Below, piece by piece: positions 1-9,144 of a stretch of DNA of 64,000 nucleotides; position 1 is the first letter of the stretch, and the number at the start of each line of letters is the position of its first letter. Both the position numbers and the translations under genes were made by a program. The notes below the pieces were generated by a model, which was not told the DNA's origin, searched no databases, and saw only the letters and a program-made list of their open reading frames with translations. Source of the DNA: an uncultured delta proteobacterium (GTDB taxonomy: Bacteria > Myxococcota_A > UBA9160 > UBA4427); NCBI GenBank assembly GCA_963822965.1, contig CAWGJT010000008.1:64001-128000 (forward strand), read 5' to 3'.

Positions 1-127
1 GCGCGGTGACGAGGCGCGGCAGCTGGCGCGCTCGAACGGGGACTGGCTACCCCGGGACGAGAGGTCGCGCTCGTTCTGGACCTGGCTGGGGGGCCTGGAG
101 CCCCTGCCCCGCCGGGGGCGCCCGTGA
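1..127 (+). CDS. 3' end of an upstream CDS, unknown function (partial)
   Basis: Open frame from position 2 (RGDEARQLARSNGDWLPRDERSRSFWTWLGGLEPLPRRGRP) with GC3-rich codons, ending at TGA 125-127. Confidence 0.45.
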   Translation, partial: RGDEARQLARSNGDWLPRDERSRSFWTWLGGLEPLPRRGRP

Positions 128-145
128 GACGTCCGCCCCGTCCGG

Positions 146-214
146 GGTAGCCTGCTCGGATGGATCCCTTCACGACACACGTCGTCTCCAACCGGCCGCC
201 CCGGTTCGAGGACG
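146..214 (+). repeat. Diverged direct repeat, copy 1, of the aidB promoter and first 18 codons (copy 2 at 3861-3929)
   Basis: Ungapped manual alignment gives 59/69 identical nt. It encodes MDPFTTHVVSNRPPRFED versus AidB MDPLTTHVVSNQPPPFED. Confidence 0.9.
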
Positions 215-282
215 AGATTCGCGACATCGACGACCCCGCGAACCGGGACGAGCTGATGGCGAAGACCGGCCCGAAGGCGTAG
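160..282 (+). pseudogene. 40-aa small ORF, truncated aidB 5' remnant
   Basis: TAGCCT (148-153) + 6 nt + ATG160; MDPFTTHVVSNRPPRFEDEIRDIDDPANRDELMAKTGPKA, TAG at 280-282. Confidence 0.6.
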
Positions 283-426
283 ACGCGTCGCCCGTGGAGC
301 GGCCTTCCTCACCCGTGGCCCGAGACGCTGAACCGCCGTGTGTCGCCGAGCCCGGCCGCCCGGTATCTCCACCGGGGCTGCCGGCCCGAATCGGAGGGTT
401 GCGCGACGGGACCCGAAGACGGGACC

Positions 427-2220
427 ATGAGTCGAAGCCCCGGAGGCTGGACCGGAGGATCGGAACCGGCGGTGCGAGAATCGCTCACGAGCACAGGGCG
501 CCACCGCAGCGTACGCAGCCGCGTGTCCGTCCTGCTGGCCGTCGGCTTCCTGCTCCCGGCGTGCTCGGGAGGCGGCGCTCCGCGAGGCGTCTCGCTGGAG
601 GAGACGGGCCTGGTTCCGCCGGGCGCCGTTCGGGCCGAGGATTTGCTCGTCGTCGATTGCCTGCTGCCCGGCCAGGTCCGCAAGCTCGGGCGCAGCCAGG
701 TCTTCCTCACACCGCGCCGGCCCCTGAAGACCTCGGCCAGCGAGTGCGAGATCCGCGGGGGTGAGTACGTCGCCTACGACCGGGCCGACTACCGGACGGC
801 CCTGGCGGTCTGGCTCGTGGATGCGAAGCAGGGCGGTGCGAAGGCGCAGACCTACGTGGGCGAGATCTACGAGAAGGGCCTCGGGGTGGAGCCCGACTAC
901 GCGCAGGCGGCGGAGTGGTACGAGAAGGCCGCGGAGCAGGGCTTCGCCCGGGCCATGATGAACCTCGGCGCCCTCTACGAGAGCGGCCGCGGCGTTCCGC
1001 GTGACCCGGCTCGCGCGCTCTCGTGGTACCGCCGGGCGTCCGGTCTCGAGGGAGAGATCGCCTACACCACTCCCGCTCCCGGTGCCGAGGGTCGGCTCGC
1101 GGAGGCCCTGGCGGCCCCGTCGATCCAGCTGATCGAGCCGCCGATCCCGGAGACGCGCGGAATCGTCCTCCTGCAGGCGAGCCTGTCGCCGCCGGTGCCC
1201 GGCCCGCAGGAGCGGACGATCGTCGGCCGCGTCTACGCGCCCGCTGGCCTCGTCGGACTGGTGGTCAACGACCGGGACGAGGCCGTCGACGACCACGGGC
1301 TCTTCCGGGTCAAGGTCCCCCTTCGGGCCGGGTCGACGGACGTCGTGATCGCAGCCATCGACGCGAACGGCCGCCGAACGGAACGCCGGGTGACGCTGCG
1401 GGCCTCGGGAGACTGGCAGGCGGGAAGCGAGGGCGCGCGCTCGGCGGCCTCCGAGCGCGCCGCGATCGACTTCGGTCGTTATCACGCGCTGGTGATCGGC
1501 AATACCGCGTACCGACACCTTCCCAAGCTGAAGACCGCGGGCCGCGACGCCGAAGCCGTCGCCCGCACGCTCTCCGAGCGATACGGCTTCCAGGTGACCC
1601 TGCTGCACGACGCCACCCGCTACGACGTGCTCTCCGGTCTCAATCGCCTGCGGGCCGAGCTGGGTGACGAGGACAACCTGCTCGTCTACTACGCGGGCCA
1701 CGGCGAGCTCGACCAGGTGAACATGCGGGGACACTGGCTCCCCGTGGACGCCGAGCGTGACAGCACCGCCAACTGGATTTCGAACGTCGCGATCACGGAC
1801 ATCCTCAACGCCATGAATGCGAGGCACGTGATGGTCGTATCGGACTCGTGCTACTCGGGCTCTCTCACGCGCTCGGGGATCACCAGCCTGGATGCCGGTT
1901 TGAGCGACGAGGAGCGACGCGCCTGGCTCGCGGCGATGACGCGCAAGCGATCGCGCACGGCGCTCACCTCCGGCGGGCTGGCCCCCGTCCTCGATGCGGG
2001 CGGAGGAGGGCACTCGGTGTTCGCGGCCGCCTTCCTCGACGTGCTGCAGCGCAACGGAGACGTTCTCGAAGGACAGCGGCTCTTCCAGGAGCTGTCGGCG
2101 CGCGTGACCTTCGCCGCGGAGTCGTACGACTTCGAGCAGCTCCCGCAGTACGCGCCCATCAAGTACGCGGGACACGAAGCCGGGGATTTCTTCCTCGTGG
2201 CCCGGCAGGGAGGCAGCTGA
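427..2220 (+). CDS. Putative lipoprotein with Sel1-like repeats, an Ig-like linker and a C-terminal caspase-family (peptidase C14) domain
   Basis: Hydrophobic stretch with lipobox LLPA-C. Sel1 repeats AQTYVGEIYEKGLGVEPDYAQAAEWYEKAA and MMNLGALYESGRGV. Caspase motifs ALVIGN, YYAGHG (catalytic His) and SDSCYSG (catalytic Cys). Start is uncertain (340, 427 or GTG 472). Confidence 0.88.
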   Translation: MSRSPGGWTGGSEPAVRESLTSTGRHRSVRSRVSVLLAVGFLLPACSGGGAPRGVSLEETGLVPPGAVRAEDLLVVDCLLPGQVRKLGRSQVFLTPRRPLKTSASECEIRGGEYVAYDRADYRTALAVWLVDAKQGGAKAQTYVGEIYEKGLGVEPDYAQAAEWYEKAAEQGFARAMMNLGALYESGRGVPRDPARALSWYRRASGLEGEIAYTTPAPGAEGRLAEALAAPSIQLIEPPIPETRGIVLLQASLSPPVPGPQERTIVGRVYAPAGLVGLVVNDRDEAVDDHGLFRVKVPLRAGSTDVVIAAIDANGRRTERRVTLRASGDWQAGSEGARSAASERAAIDFGRYHALVIGNTAYRHLPKLKTAGRDAEAVARTLSERYGFQVTLLHDATRYDVLSGLNRLRAELGDEDNLLVYYAGHGELDQVNMRGHWLPVDAERDSTANWISNVAITDILNAMNARHVMVVSDSCYSGSLTRSGITSLDAGLSDEERRAWLAAMTRKRSRTALTSGGLAPVLDAGGGGHSVFAAAFLDVLQRNGDVLEGQRLFQELSARVTFAAESYDFEQLPQYAPIKYAGHEAGDFFLVARQGGS

Positions 2221-2326
2221 AAGAGCCCGTAGGATCCCTTCGCGGGCAACCCGATCCAACTCGAGCCGGCCTGCTGGACGGGCGGGGGCGAGACGAGTCC
2301 CGGGCGCCGGGACAAGGAGGAGGGCA

Positions 2327-3835
2327 GTGTTCATGGTGCAATCCGCTCGATCTTTCGGCCGCGTCCTGCGGTTCGTGATTCCGACACTCGCTGCGGCGCT
2401 TCTGGCTCCGGCGGAGGACGCTTCCGCCCAGGAGGCCTCGGGGCGTGTCTTCGAGGTGCTGGCGAACGTCGACGAGACTGCCGGCAACACGGGCTCGGTC
2501 GGCTGCGGCGGGGGCAGCGGCATCAACCTCTCCGTGGCGCTCGATACGGCGCTCGATGAGACCGGCCCGAACGACGAGGACCGTCCCATCGCACAGCGGC
2601 GCGGGCTGTTTCGCTTCTGCGACGTCCAGACCCCCAACGGCGCCAATGGCTGGACGTTCAACGACAGCCTCTCGACCGAGAAGGTGTCCGCGCAAGCGAC
2701 GGCGTTCTCCCCCGAGGAGCTCTTCTCGAGCATGGACTCGGCCAACTCCGCCTATGCCCTGCAGACCGCCAACGTCGCCCGCCGCATCGGGCTGCTGCGA
2801 CTCGCGGGTCGCGGCCGCGCCGAGCCCGGCACGGTGGCCTTCGCTCGCAGGGATCCACCCCGAAGCGGAGGAGCCAGCCTGTCCCGGACCGGGATCGCTC
2901 CCTTCGAAGCCTTCGCGCGCGACGCCGTGCACGCGCTCTCGCTGGCCGTCGAGGACGGCATCCAGAGTGGAGACGTCGAGGACGGTGAGCTCGGCTTCTT
3001 CCTCAACGGTCGCGTGATCGCGATCGACGGCAAGCAGAACGCGAAGGAGCGGGGCAGCGCCAGCGTGGGCGGCGGCTTCACGCTCGGGCTCGATCGCCGG
3101 GTCGGAGAGAGCGGCTACCTGGGTGTGGCCGGCGGCTACACGCGCGTCGATACCCGCTACGACCACTCCGGCAGCGAGGGAAGCCTCGATGCGGCGACGC
3201 TCTCGCTGTACGGCGCCCTCTACCCGACGGAGCGGCTCTACGTGGCCGGAACGGTGGCGGGAACGTTCCTTCACTACGACAGCGAGAACGAGATCGTCAT
3301 CTACGACGCGGGGCCTCCCGTCGCCCGCCTCGAGGGAGACACGAACGGCGGCAGCATCGGCGCCGACGCGAGCGTCGGCTACGACCTTCCGATCGAGAGC
3401 CTGACCTTCTCCCCCTACCTGCGGGTCAGCGTCCTCCACACGATCCTCGACGACTTCTCGCAACGGGGCGGCGACGGATCCCTCGACCTGAAGATCGATG
3501 AGCAGAAGACGACGTCGCTCACGACGGACCTCGGCTTCCGCTTGGGGTACACGCTCAGCACGAAGGTGGCGGTCCTGACGCCCTACGTCCGGGCCGGCTA
3601 CGTGCACGAGTTCCTCGACGAGAACGACGACATCGACGGAGCGTTCGATGCCCTGCCCGGTACCGGCTTCCGATTGCAGGCGACCAGCACTGACGCGGAC
3701 TACGCGAACTTCGGGGGTGGCCTCGCGGCGACGTTCGGACAGGGGTTCTCGCAGTTCGTCGACTACGACGTGATCGCCCTGCACCGCAACGTCACGATCC
3801 ACCAGGTGACCCTGGGAATCCGCGTGGAGTTCTGA
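2327..3835 (+). CDS. Autotransporter-type outer-membrane beta-barrel protein with a short passenger
   Basis: RBS AGGAGG, signal peptide, amphipathic beta strands (GFTLGLDRR, PYVRAGYVHEF) and C-terminal LGIRVEF Bam-type signal. Confidence 0.85.
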   Translation: MFMVQSARSFGRVLRFVIPTLAAALLAPAEDASAQEASGRVFEVLANVDETAGNTGSVGCGGGSGINLSVALDTALDETGPNDEDRPIAQRRGLFRFCDVQTPNGANGWTFNDSLSTEKVSAQATAFSPEELFSSMDSANSAYALQTANVARRIGLLRLAGRGRAEPGTVAFARRDPPRSGGASLSRTGIAPFEAFARDAVHALSLAVEDGIQSGDVEDGELGFFLNGRVIAIDGKQNAKERGSASVGGGFTLGLDRRVGESGYLGVAGGYTRVDTRYDHSGSEGSLDAATLSLYGALYPTERLYVAGTVAGTFLHYDSENEIVIYDAGPPVARLEGDTNGGSIGADASVGYDLPIESLTFSPYLRVSVLHTILDDFSQRGGDGSLDLKIDEQKTTSLTTDLGFRLGYTLSTKVAVLTPYVRAGYVHEFLDENDDIDGAFDALPGTGFRLQATSTDADYANFGGGLAATFGQGFSQFVDYDVIALHRNVTIHQVTLGIRVEF

Positions 3836-3860
3836 GGGGACACGGGGCTCTACGAGTTGC

Positions 3861-3929
3861 GGTAGCCTGTCGGGGTGGATCCCCTGACCACGCACGTCGT
3901 CTCCAACCAGCCGCCCCCGTTCGAGGACG
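3861..3929 (+). repeat. Direct repeat, copy 2 (functional aidB promoter and 5' end)
   Basis: Matches 146-214 at 59/69 nt. Confidence 0.9.
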
Positions 3930-5509
3930 TGGACCTCTTCGGGACGGACCTGCCGCTGCAGGAGGGCGTCGCCCGCGAGGGCGGCGGCTGGGCCTCGGAG
4001 CGGCTGCACGCCTTCGGTGTCAAGGTCGGGTCCGCGGCGGTGATGGAGCTCGGCCGCGACGCCAACCGCTACACGCCGGAGCTGCACACCCACGACCGCT
4101 ACGGCCATCGCATCGACGAGGTGCGCTTCCATCCCGCCTGGCACGCCGTGATGACCCTCGCGATGGAGCATGCGGTCCACAACCTGCCGTGGCGCGAACG
4201 GCGAGCCGGGGCGCACGTCGCGCGCAGCGCGCTGCATTCCGTGCTCTCGCAGGTGGAGAGCGGCAGCTGCTGCCCCCTCACGATGACCTTCGCGTGCCAT
4301 CCGGCCCTGGCCCACGCGCCGGAGATCGCGGCGGCCTTCGAGCCGAAGCTCCTCGGTACCCGGTACGATCCCCGCCTCGTCCCGCTCGAAGAGAAGGGCT
4401 CGGTGCTCGTCGGCATGGCGATGACCGAGAAGCAGGGCGGCAGCGACGTGCGCGCCAACACCACCCAGGCGCGTTCGCTCGGCGGCGGCGAGTACGAGCT
4501 GACCGGGCACAAGTGGTTCTGCTCGGCGCCCATGTCCGACGCGTTCCTGACCCTCGCAAACACCGATCGCGGTCTCTCGTGCTTCCTGGTGCGGCGCGTG
4601 CTGTCGGACGGCGAGCGCAACCCCTTCCGCATCCAGCGCTTGAAGGACAAGCTCGGGAACCGCTCGAACGCCTCGAGCGAGATCGAGTACGCGGGCACGC
4701 GGGCGCGCATGCTGGGCGAGGAGGGCCGCGGGGTCCGCACCATCCTCGAGATGGTGCACCACACGCGTCTGGACTGCGTGTCGGGCAGCACGGGATTGAT
4801 GCGGCAGGCCCTCGCGCAGGCGCTCCATCATGCGGCCCATCGCGAGGTGTTCGGGAAGCGGCTCGTCCAGCAGCCCCTGATGCGCGCCGTGCTGGCCGAC
4901 CTCGCCCTCGAGGTGGAGGCGGCGACGGCGCTGATGCTGCGGCTGGCGCGCGCCTTCGACGAGGCGCCGGAGGACCCCGCCGCCCGCGCCTTCGCGCGCA
5001 TCGCCACCGCGGTGGGGAAGTACTGGGTGTGCAAGCGCGCTCCCGCGATGATCTACGAGGCGATGGAGTGTCTCGGCGGTGCGGGCTACGTGGAGGAGTC
5101 GATCCTGCCGCGGCTGTACCGGGAGGCGCCGGTGAACGCGATCTGGGAGGGCTCGGGCAACGTCATGTGCCTGGACGTGCTGCGGGCCATGGTGCGCGAG
5201 CCCGACGCGCTGCCGGCCTTCCTCGAGGAGCTTCGTCAGGCGCGGGGTGCGCACGCGCGACTGGACGCCGCGGTGACCGCGCTCGAGGCCGAGCTGGCCC
5301 GCCCCGAGGACGTGGAGAGCCGAGCCCGGCGGCTGGTGGAGCGGATGGCGCTGGTGCTGCAGGCCGCGCTGCTGGTGCGCCACGCGCCGCCCGCCGTGGC
5401 GGACGCGTTCGTGGCGTCGCGCCTGGAATCTCCGGCGCTGACGTTCGGGGCGCTGCCCGAGGGACTCGATCTGACCGACGTCCTGGAGCGAGCCCGGCCG
5501 CGTACCTGA
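3875..5509 (+). CDS. aidB: AidB-family acyl-CoA dehydrogenase
   Basis: THxVxNQPPP N-terminus, CPLTMT, GMAMTEKQGGSDVRAN, GHKWFCSAPMSD, RLKDKLGNRSNASSE, EAPVNAIWEGSGNV. Confidence 0.92.
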   Translation: MDPLTTHVVSNQPPPFEDVDLFGTDLPLQEGVAREGGGWASERLHAFGVKVGSAAVMELGRDANRYTPELHTHDRYGHRIDEVRFHPAWHAVMTLAMEHAVHNLPWRERRAGAHVARSALHSVLSQVESGSCCPLTMTFACHPALAHAPEIAAAFEPKLLGTRYDPRLVPLEEKGSVLVGMAMTEKQGGSDVRANTTQARSLGGGEYELTGHKWFCSAPMSDAFLTLANTDRGLSCFLVRRVLSDGERNPFRIQRLKDKLGNRSNASSEIEYAGTRARMLGEEGRGVRTILEMVHHTRLDCVSGSTGLMRQALAQALHHAAHREVFGKRLVQQPLMRAVLADLALEVEAATALMLRLARAFDEAPEDPAARAFARIATAVGKYWVCKRAPAMIYEAMECLGGAGYVEESILPRLYREAPVNAIWEGSGNVMCLDVLRAMVREPDALPAFLEELRQARGAHARLDAAVTALEAELARPEDVESRARRLVERMALVLQAALLVRHAPPAVADAFVASRLESPALTFGALPEGLDLTDVLERARPRT

Positions 5510-5550
5510 TTCCGGTACGGACCCATCCCCGTGTCGCGGTTCCGCCGCAA

Positions 5551-5571
5551 AGGGAGCCCAACGGGCTCCCT
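5551..5571. terminator. Hairpin between convergent aidB and bactofilin genes
   Basis: AGGGAGCCC-AAC-GGGCTCCCT perfect 9-bp stem; no U tract. Confidence 0.5.
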
Positions 5572-5574
5572 CGG

Positions 5575-6012
5575 CTAGGCGGGCGGCGTGCTCGCCGCGG
5601 CGTCGTCGCGCAGCTCGGCCAACGGCTGCAGCATCTTGGTGCGTCCGTTGAAGAAGGCGTGCTTCTCGATCTCGAGACAGGCGGTCTCGATGTCGCCGTG
5701 CAGGCGTGCGCCCGCGCGGATCGTCAGCTGGCGCCGGGCCGCCACGTCCCCGACCACGGCGCCGCAGATCACCACCTCGCGCGCGCGGATGTTGCCTTCG
5801 ACGCAGCCCGACGCACCCACGACCAGGGTGCCCTCGGTCTGGATCTCGCCGCGGAACTCGCAGTCGATCTGGAGGTCTTCCCGCAGGCGCAGGGAGCCCT
5901 CGAACACCGCGCCCGGGTCGATGAAGGTCCGGAGCGGTGAGGGCGGGGTGGCACCGGGGGCGTCGATGGACTTGCGCTCCCAGCCTGCTCCGGGGCTCTG
6001 CGGGCCGGCCAT
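5575..6012 (-). CDS. Bactofilin (polymer-forming cytoskeletal protein)
   Basis: TFIDPGAVFEGSL...LQIDCEFRGEI...LVVGASGCVEGNIRAREVVICGAVVGDV...IEKHAFFNG beta-helix pattern. Confidence 0.9.
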   Translation of the reverse strand: MAGPQSPGAGWERKSIDAPGATPPSPLRTFIDPGAVFEGSLRLREDLQIDCEFRGEIQTEGTLVVGASGCVEGNIRAREVVICGAVVGDVAARRQLTIRAGARLHGDIETACLEIEKHAFFNGRTKMLQPLAELRDDAAASTPPA

Positions 6013-6203
6013 GGTCGAACCTCCACACCGGCGGCGGTTTTCGGGATGGATCTGCCGGCTCGTGGACACGCATCGACCGGGAGACCCGCGGACTTGAACC
6101 CCACTTGACGGGCGGGGCCTCGTCGCGTCGGGAGCGGCGCGTGGGGCTCACAGGCGCCGCTCCGGGGCGTGGCGGGGCCGGAACGCCCCACCCAGCGGTC
6201 CGG

Positions 6204-7457
6204 CTACTGGCCCTCGCCCTGCTGCTTCTGCGCCTGCTGCATCGAGGCCACGATGTTGCGGCCCAGGGCGGGGAACTTCGGGATCTCGGCGTCGGGCAGC
6301 GGCTTCATCCAGCTCTTCCGCTCCAGGGCCGCCTGCAGGTAGGGGGCCAGCGCTTCCTGCTTCTGCTTGGTGGCGGCGGGGTCGCGCTCCTTGAACTCGG
6401 GTAGCACCTCGCTTCCGAAGAGCTCGAGCGATTCGCAGATGTGCTCGTGCTTGTTGAGGCCCGCCTGCTGGATGAAGATCACCTGGTCGACCCCGGTCTC
6501 CTCGAAGCCGCGCAGGTGCTCGCGCAGCTGGTCGGGCGTGCCGATGCCGCCGAGGCCGCCGTCGGGCAGCATCGAGCCCAGCGGGTTGTTCTGGTCCGTC
6601 AGGAACTGCTGCCAGATGTCGGTTCGGCCCGGGGTGTGCTCGCCGAAGATGTACAGGTTGGCGAGGGCGAACTTGAAGAAGTCGAAGCCCTGCTTGCCGC
6701 GGCGGATGGCCTCCTCGCGATCCGGGTGGACCGAGAAGCTCGTCACCATGGCGATGTTCGCATTGACGGCGTGACCGATGGGCACGCACTTCTCGCTGCG
6801 GACGATGTCGTAGTACTCGTCCACCCAGTGCTTCGCCTCCTTGGGATCGGTGAACGCGAAGCAGAGCGCTCCCATGCCGAGCTGGGCGGCCATCTTGATC
6901 GTCTCGCGATTCGAGCAGGCCACCCACAGCGGCGGGTGCGGCTTCTGCACGGGCTTGGGGACGAGGTTGCGGCAGGGCATGGAGAAGAACTCGCCTTCGA
7001 AGCCCGGGTAGGGGTCCATCGCGAGCATGTTGCAGATCTGCTCGGTCGCCTCGAGATAGGCGGTGCGCTTGCTGGCCACGTCGACCCCGAAGCCCCCGAG
7101 CTCGAGGATCGCCGACGACTCGCCGGTGCCGAACTCCACCCGGCCGTTCGACACCAGGTCGAGTGTGGCGATGCACTCGGCGGTGCGCGCCGGATGGTTG
7201 TACCCGGGAATGACCTGCCGGATGCCCTGTCCCAGGCGGATGTTCTGGGTCCGCTGCGAGCAGGCGGCCAGGAACACCTCGGGCGCCGAGGAGTGCGAGT
7301 ACTCCTCGAGGAAGTGGTGCTCGACCTCCCAGGCGAACTCGATGCCCAGCCGGTCCGCCAGCTCCACCTGGTCGAGGGCGTCCTGGAAGAGCTTCTGCTC
7401 CTGGCCGTCGTTCCAGGGCCGCGGGAGCTGGTGCTCGTAGAAGATTCCGAACTTCAT
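6204..7457 (-). CDS. LLM-class (luciferase-like) flavin-dependent oxidoreductase
   Basis: MKFGIFYEHQLPRPW, WEVEHHFLEEYSHSSAPEV, ATLDLVSNGRVEFGTG, PKPVQKPHPPLW; RBS AAGGAG. Confidence 0.92.
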   Translation of the reverse strand: MKFGIFYEHQLPRPWNDGQEQKLFQDALDQVELADRLGIEFAWEVEHHFLEEYSHSSAPEVFLAACSQRTQNIRLGQGIRQVIPGYNHPARTAECIATLDLVSNGRVEFGTGESSAILELGGFGVDVASKRTAYLEATEQICNMLAMDPYPGFEGEFFSMPCRNLVPKPVQKPHPPLWVACSNRETIKMAAQLGMGALCFAFTDPKEAKHWVDEYYDIVRSEKCVPIGHAVNANIAMVTSFSVHPDREEAIRRGKQGFDFFKFALANLYIFGEHTPGRTDIWQQFLTDQNNPLGSMLPDGGLGGIGTPDQLREHLRGFEETGVDQVIFIQQAGLNKHEHICESLELFGSEVLPEFKERDPAATKQKQEALAPYLQAALERKSWMKPLPDAEIPKFPALGRNIVASMQQAQKQQGEGQ

Positions 7458-8125
7458 GGCTGGCTCCTTGCCGGTCGAGGCCTGTCGTCTTCGCTCGGGG
7501 TGAGTCCCGGGAGTCCGCGGAGGGTCAGCCGGACGAGTCCGCCGATCAGCCGTTCGCGGGCCTTGGCTCGCTCCGCACGCGGGAGCGAGAGGTAGTGCTG
7601 GAGGGCGCCGTGGGAGAGGATGCCGATGAGCTCGGCGGCCAGCTCCGCCTGGAGCTCGAAGCCGCGGGCCTCGGCGATGCGCGTGTAGTCGCCGGCCAGG
7701 CTCTGCCGCCACTGCCGCCGGTCCTCCTCGATGAAGCGCCGGATGCGGGGATCGTCCTCGCGCTCGCGGAGCAGGATGCGCATGCCGTCCTCGTGATCGT
7801 CCGCGACGTCGAAGAGCAGCGAGTAGGACTCGAAGGCCACCTCCTCCCCGCTTCGCACGCCGTCCGGGCGGTGCACCTCGCTGAGCCGGGCGCGAAGGGC
7901 CCGAGAGTGCTCGGCCAGGATCGCGGCGAGCAGATCGCTCTTGTCCTTGAACTGGTGGTAGAACGATCCGACGGAGACGCCCGCCGGCTCCAGGATGTCC
8001 TTCTTGAGGTTGACCGCCGCCAGGCCCTTGCGGGCAAAGGCCGCGCGGCCCACCTCGAGGAGCTTGCGCCGTGTACCCTCGGCGCGATCGGCACGGCCGG
8101 AATGAGAAGGAGCCTGGTCGACCAT
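7454..8125 (-). CDS. TetR/AcrR-family transcriptional regulator
   Basis: TRRKLLEVGRAAFARKG...AGVSVGSFYHQFKDKSDLL HTH; 4-bp overlap with the LLM gene. Confidence 0.9.
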   Translation of the reverse strand: MVDQAPSHSGRADRAEGTRRKLLEVGRAAFARKGLAAVNLKKDILEPAGVSVGSFYHQFKDKSDLLAAILAEHSRALRARLSEVHRPDGVRSGEEVAFESYSLLFDVADDHEDGMRILLREREDDPRIRRFIEEDRRQWRQSLAGDYTRIAEARGFELQAELAAELIGILSHGALQHYLSLPRAERAKARERLIGGLVRLTLRGLPGLTPSEDDRPRPARSQP

Positions 8126-8128
8126 TGG

Positions 8129-8150
8129 TTCTAGAATCACGAATCTAGAA
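8129..8150. promoter_or_regulatory. Probable TetR operator palindrome
   Basis: TTCTAGA-ATCACGAA-TCTAGAA, AT-rich inverted repeat 3 nt upstream of the TetR start codon, in a divergent intergenic region. Confidence 0.65.
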
Positions 8151-8169
8151 CTTCGATTCAACCCCTGGC

Positions 8170-9144
8170 TTGCTCGCTGCCGGGGACAGGTCGGCACGGG
8201 GCGGAGCGCCGGGGGAGGCTTCACTGCGGGTCTGGATCGATACCGACGTCGGAAGCGACGTGGACGACGCGCTGGCCCTGGCCTACGCGCTGCGCGATCC
8301 GGCGCTCGAGCTGGTGGGCGTCTCGACGGTCTTCGGCGACGTGGCCCTCCGCGCGCGCATCGCGACCGAGCTGCTCGACCGGGCCGGTGCGCCGGGCGTC
8401 CCGGTGGTGGCGGGGCTCGGGGCGCCGCTCACCCCGGGACGCAAGGGCCGGATGTTCGGCCACGAAGGCCGCGGGCTCTTCGACGATGCCGCCCCGCGCA
8501 TGACCACGCCGGCAGATGCCGACGCCGCGGCCCGTGTGGACGCCCTGGCCCGGGCTCTCGAGGCCGCCCGCCCCGAAGCGCTCGTCGCCATCGGGCCCAT
8601 GACGAACCTGGGTGCGTTGGTCCGAGCGGGACACCGGCTGCCCCCTCTCACCGTCATGGGAGGCAAGCTCCAGGACGTCATGCTTCCGGGAATGATCCCC
8701 CAGATTCCGGAGTGGAACTGGTGGTGCGATCCGCGCGCCGTGGCCCTCGTGCTCGGGGCGCCGGCCGCGTCAGCGCCGCGCATCGTTCCCGCCGAGGTGA
8801 CCTTCCGCACCCGCCTCCTGGCGGAGGATCGCGTCCGGCTCGCGGGCGGCGACGCGCTGGCCCGGACCCTCGGCGTTCTCTGCGACCACTGGGAGATCGC
8901 GCAACGCGAGCGCCTCGGCTCGCGGGAGCCGCGCGTCATGCTCCACGACCCCCTGGCGGTCGCCAGCCTGGTGGCGCCGGGGCTCACGTCGTTCGCGATT
9001 CGGCGGATCCACATCGACGACGAGGGCTTCGCCCACCACGGGCCCGACGGCGCGGAGGTACTGGCGGCGACGGACGTGGACAACGACGCGCTCCGCGAGC
9101 ACCTGCTCGCGAGCTGGCTCGTCGGAGGGGGCGCGCCGGCATGA
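8170..9144 (+). CDS. Nucleoside hydrolase (IUNH family)
   Basis: WIDTDVGSDVDDALAL, VAIGPMTNL, VMGG, EWN, MLHDPLAVA. Start approximate. Confidence 0.88.
   Translation: MLAAGDRSARGGAPGEASLRVWIDTDVGSDVDDALALAYALRDPALELVGVSTVFGDVALRARIATELLDRAGAPGVPVVAGLGAPLTPGRKGRMFGHEGRGLFDDAAPRMTTPADADAAARVDALARALEAARPEALVAIGPMTNLGALVRAGHRLPPLTVMGGKLQDVMLPGMIPQIPEWNWWCDPRAVALVLGAPAASAPRIVPAEVTFRTRLLAEDRVRLAGGDALARTLGVLCDHWEIAQRERLGSREPRVMLHDPLAVASLVAPGLTSFAIRRIHIDDEGFAHHGPDGAEVLAATDVDNDALREHLLASWLVGGGAPA

Noticed and set aside
2229..2262. Possible third aidB-like repeat (ggatcccttc...tccaac)
   Set aside because: Only two short words match and the spacing is wrong. It is better explained as a TAGGAT -10 element for the autotransporter gene.
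2159..6151. Very long antisense or alternate-frame ORFs (for example 2159..6151 -, 10262..13276 -, 15164..18880 +, 19369..22701 +)
   Set aside because: These are shadow ORFs expected at high GC. They overlap well-supported genes and give R/A/P/G-rich translations with no motifs.
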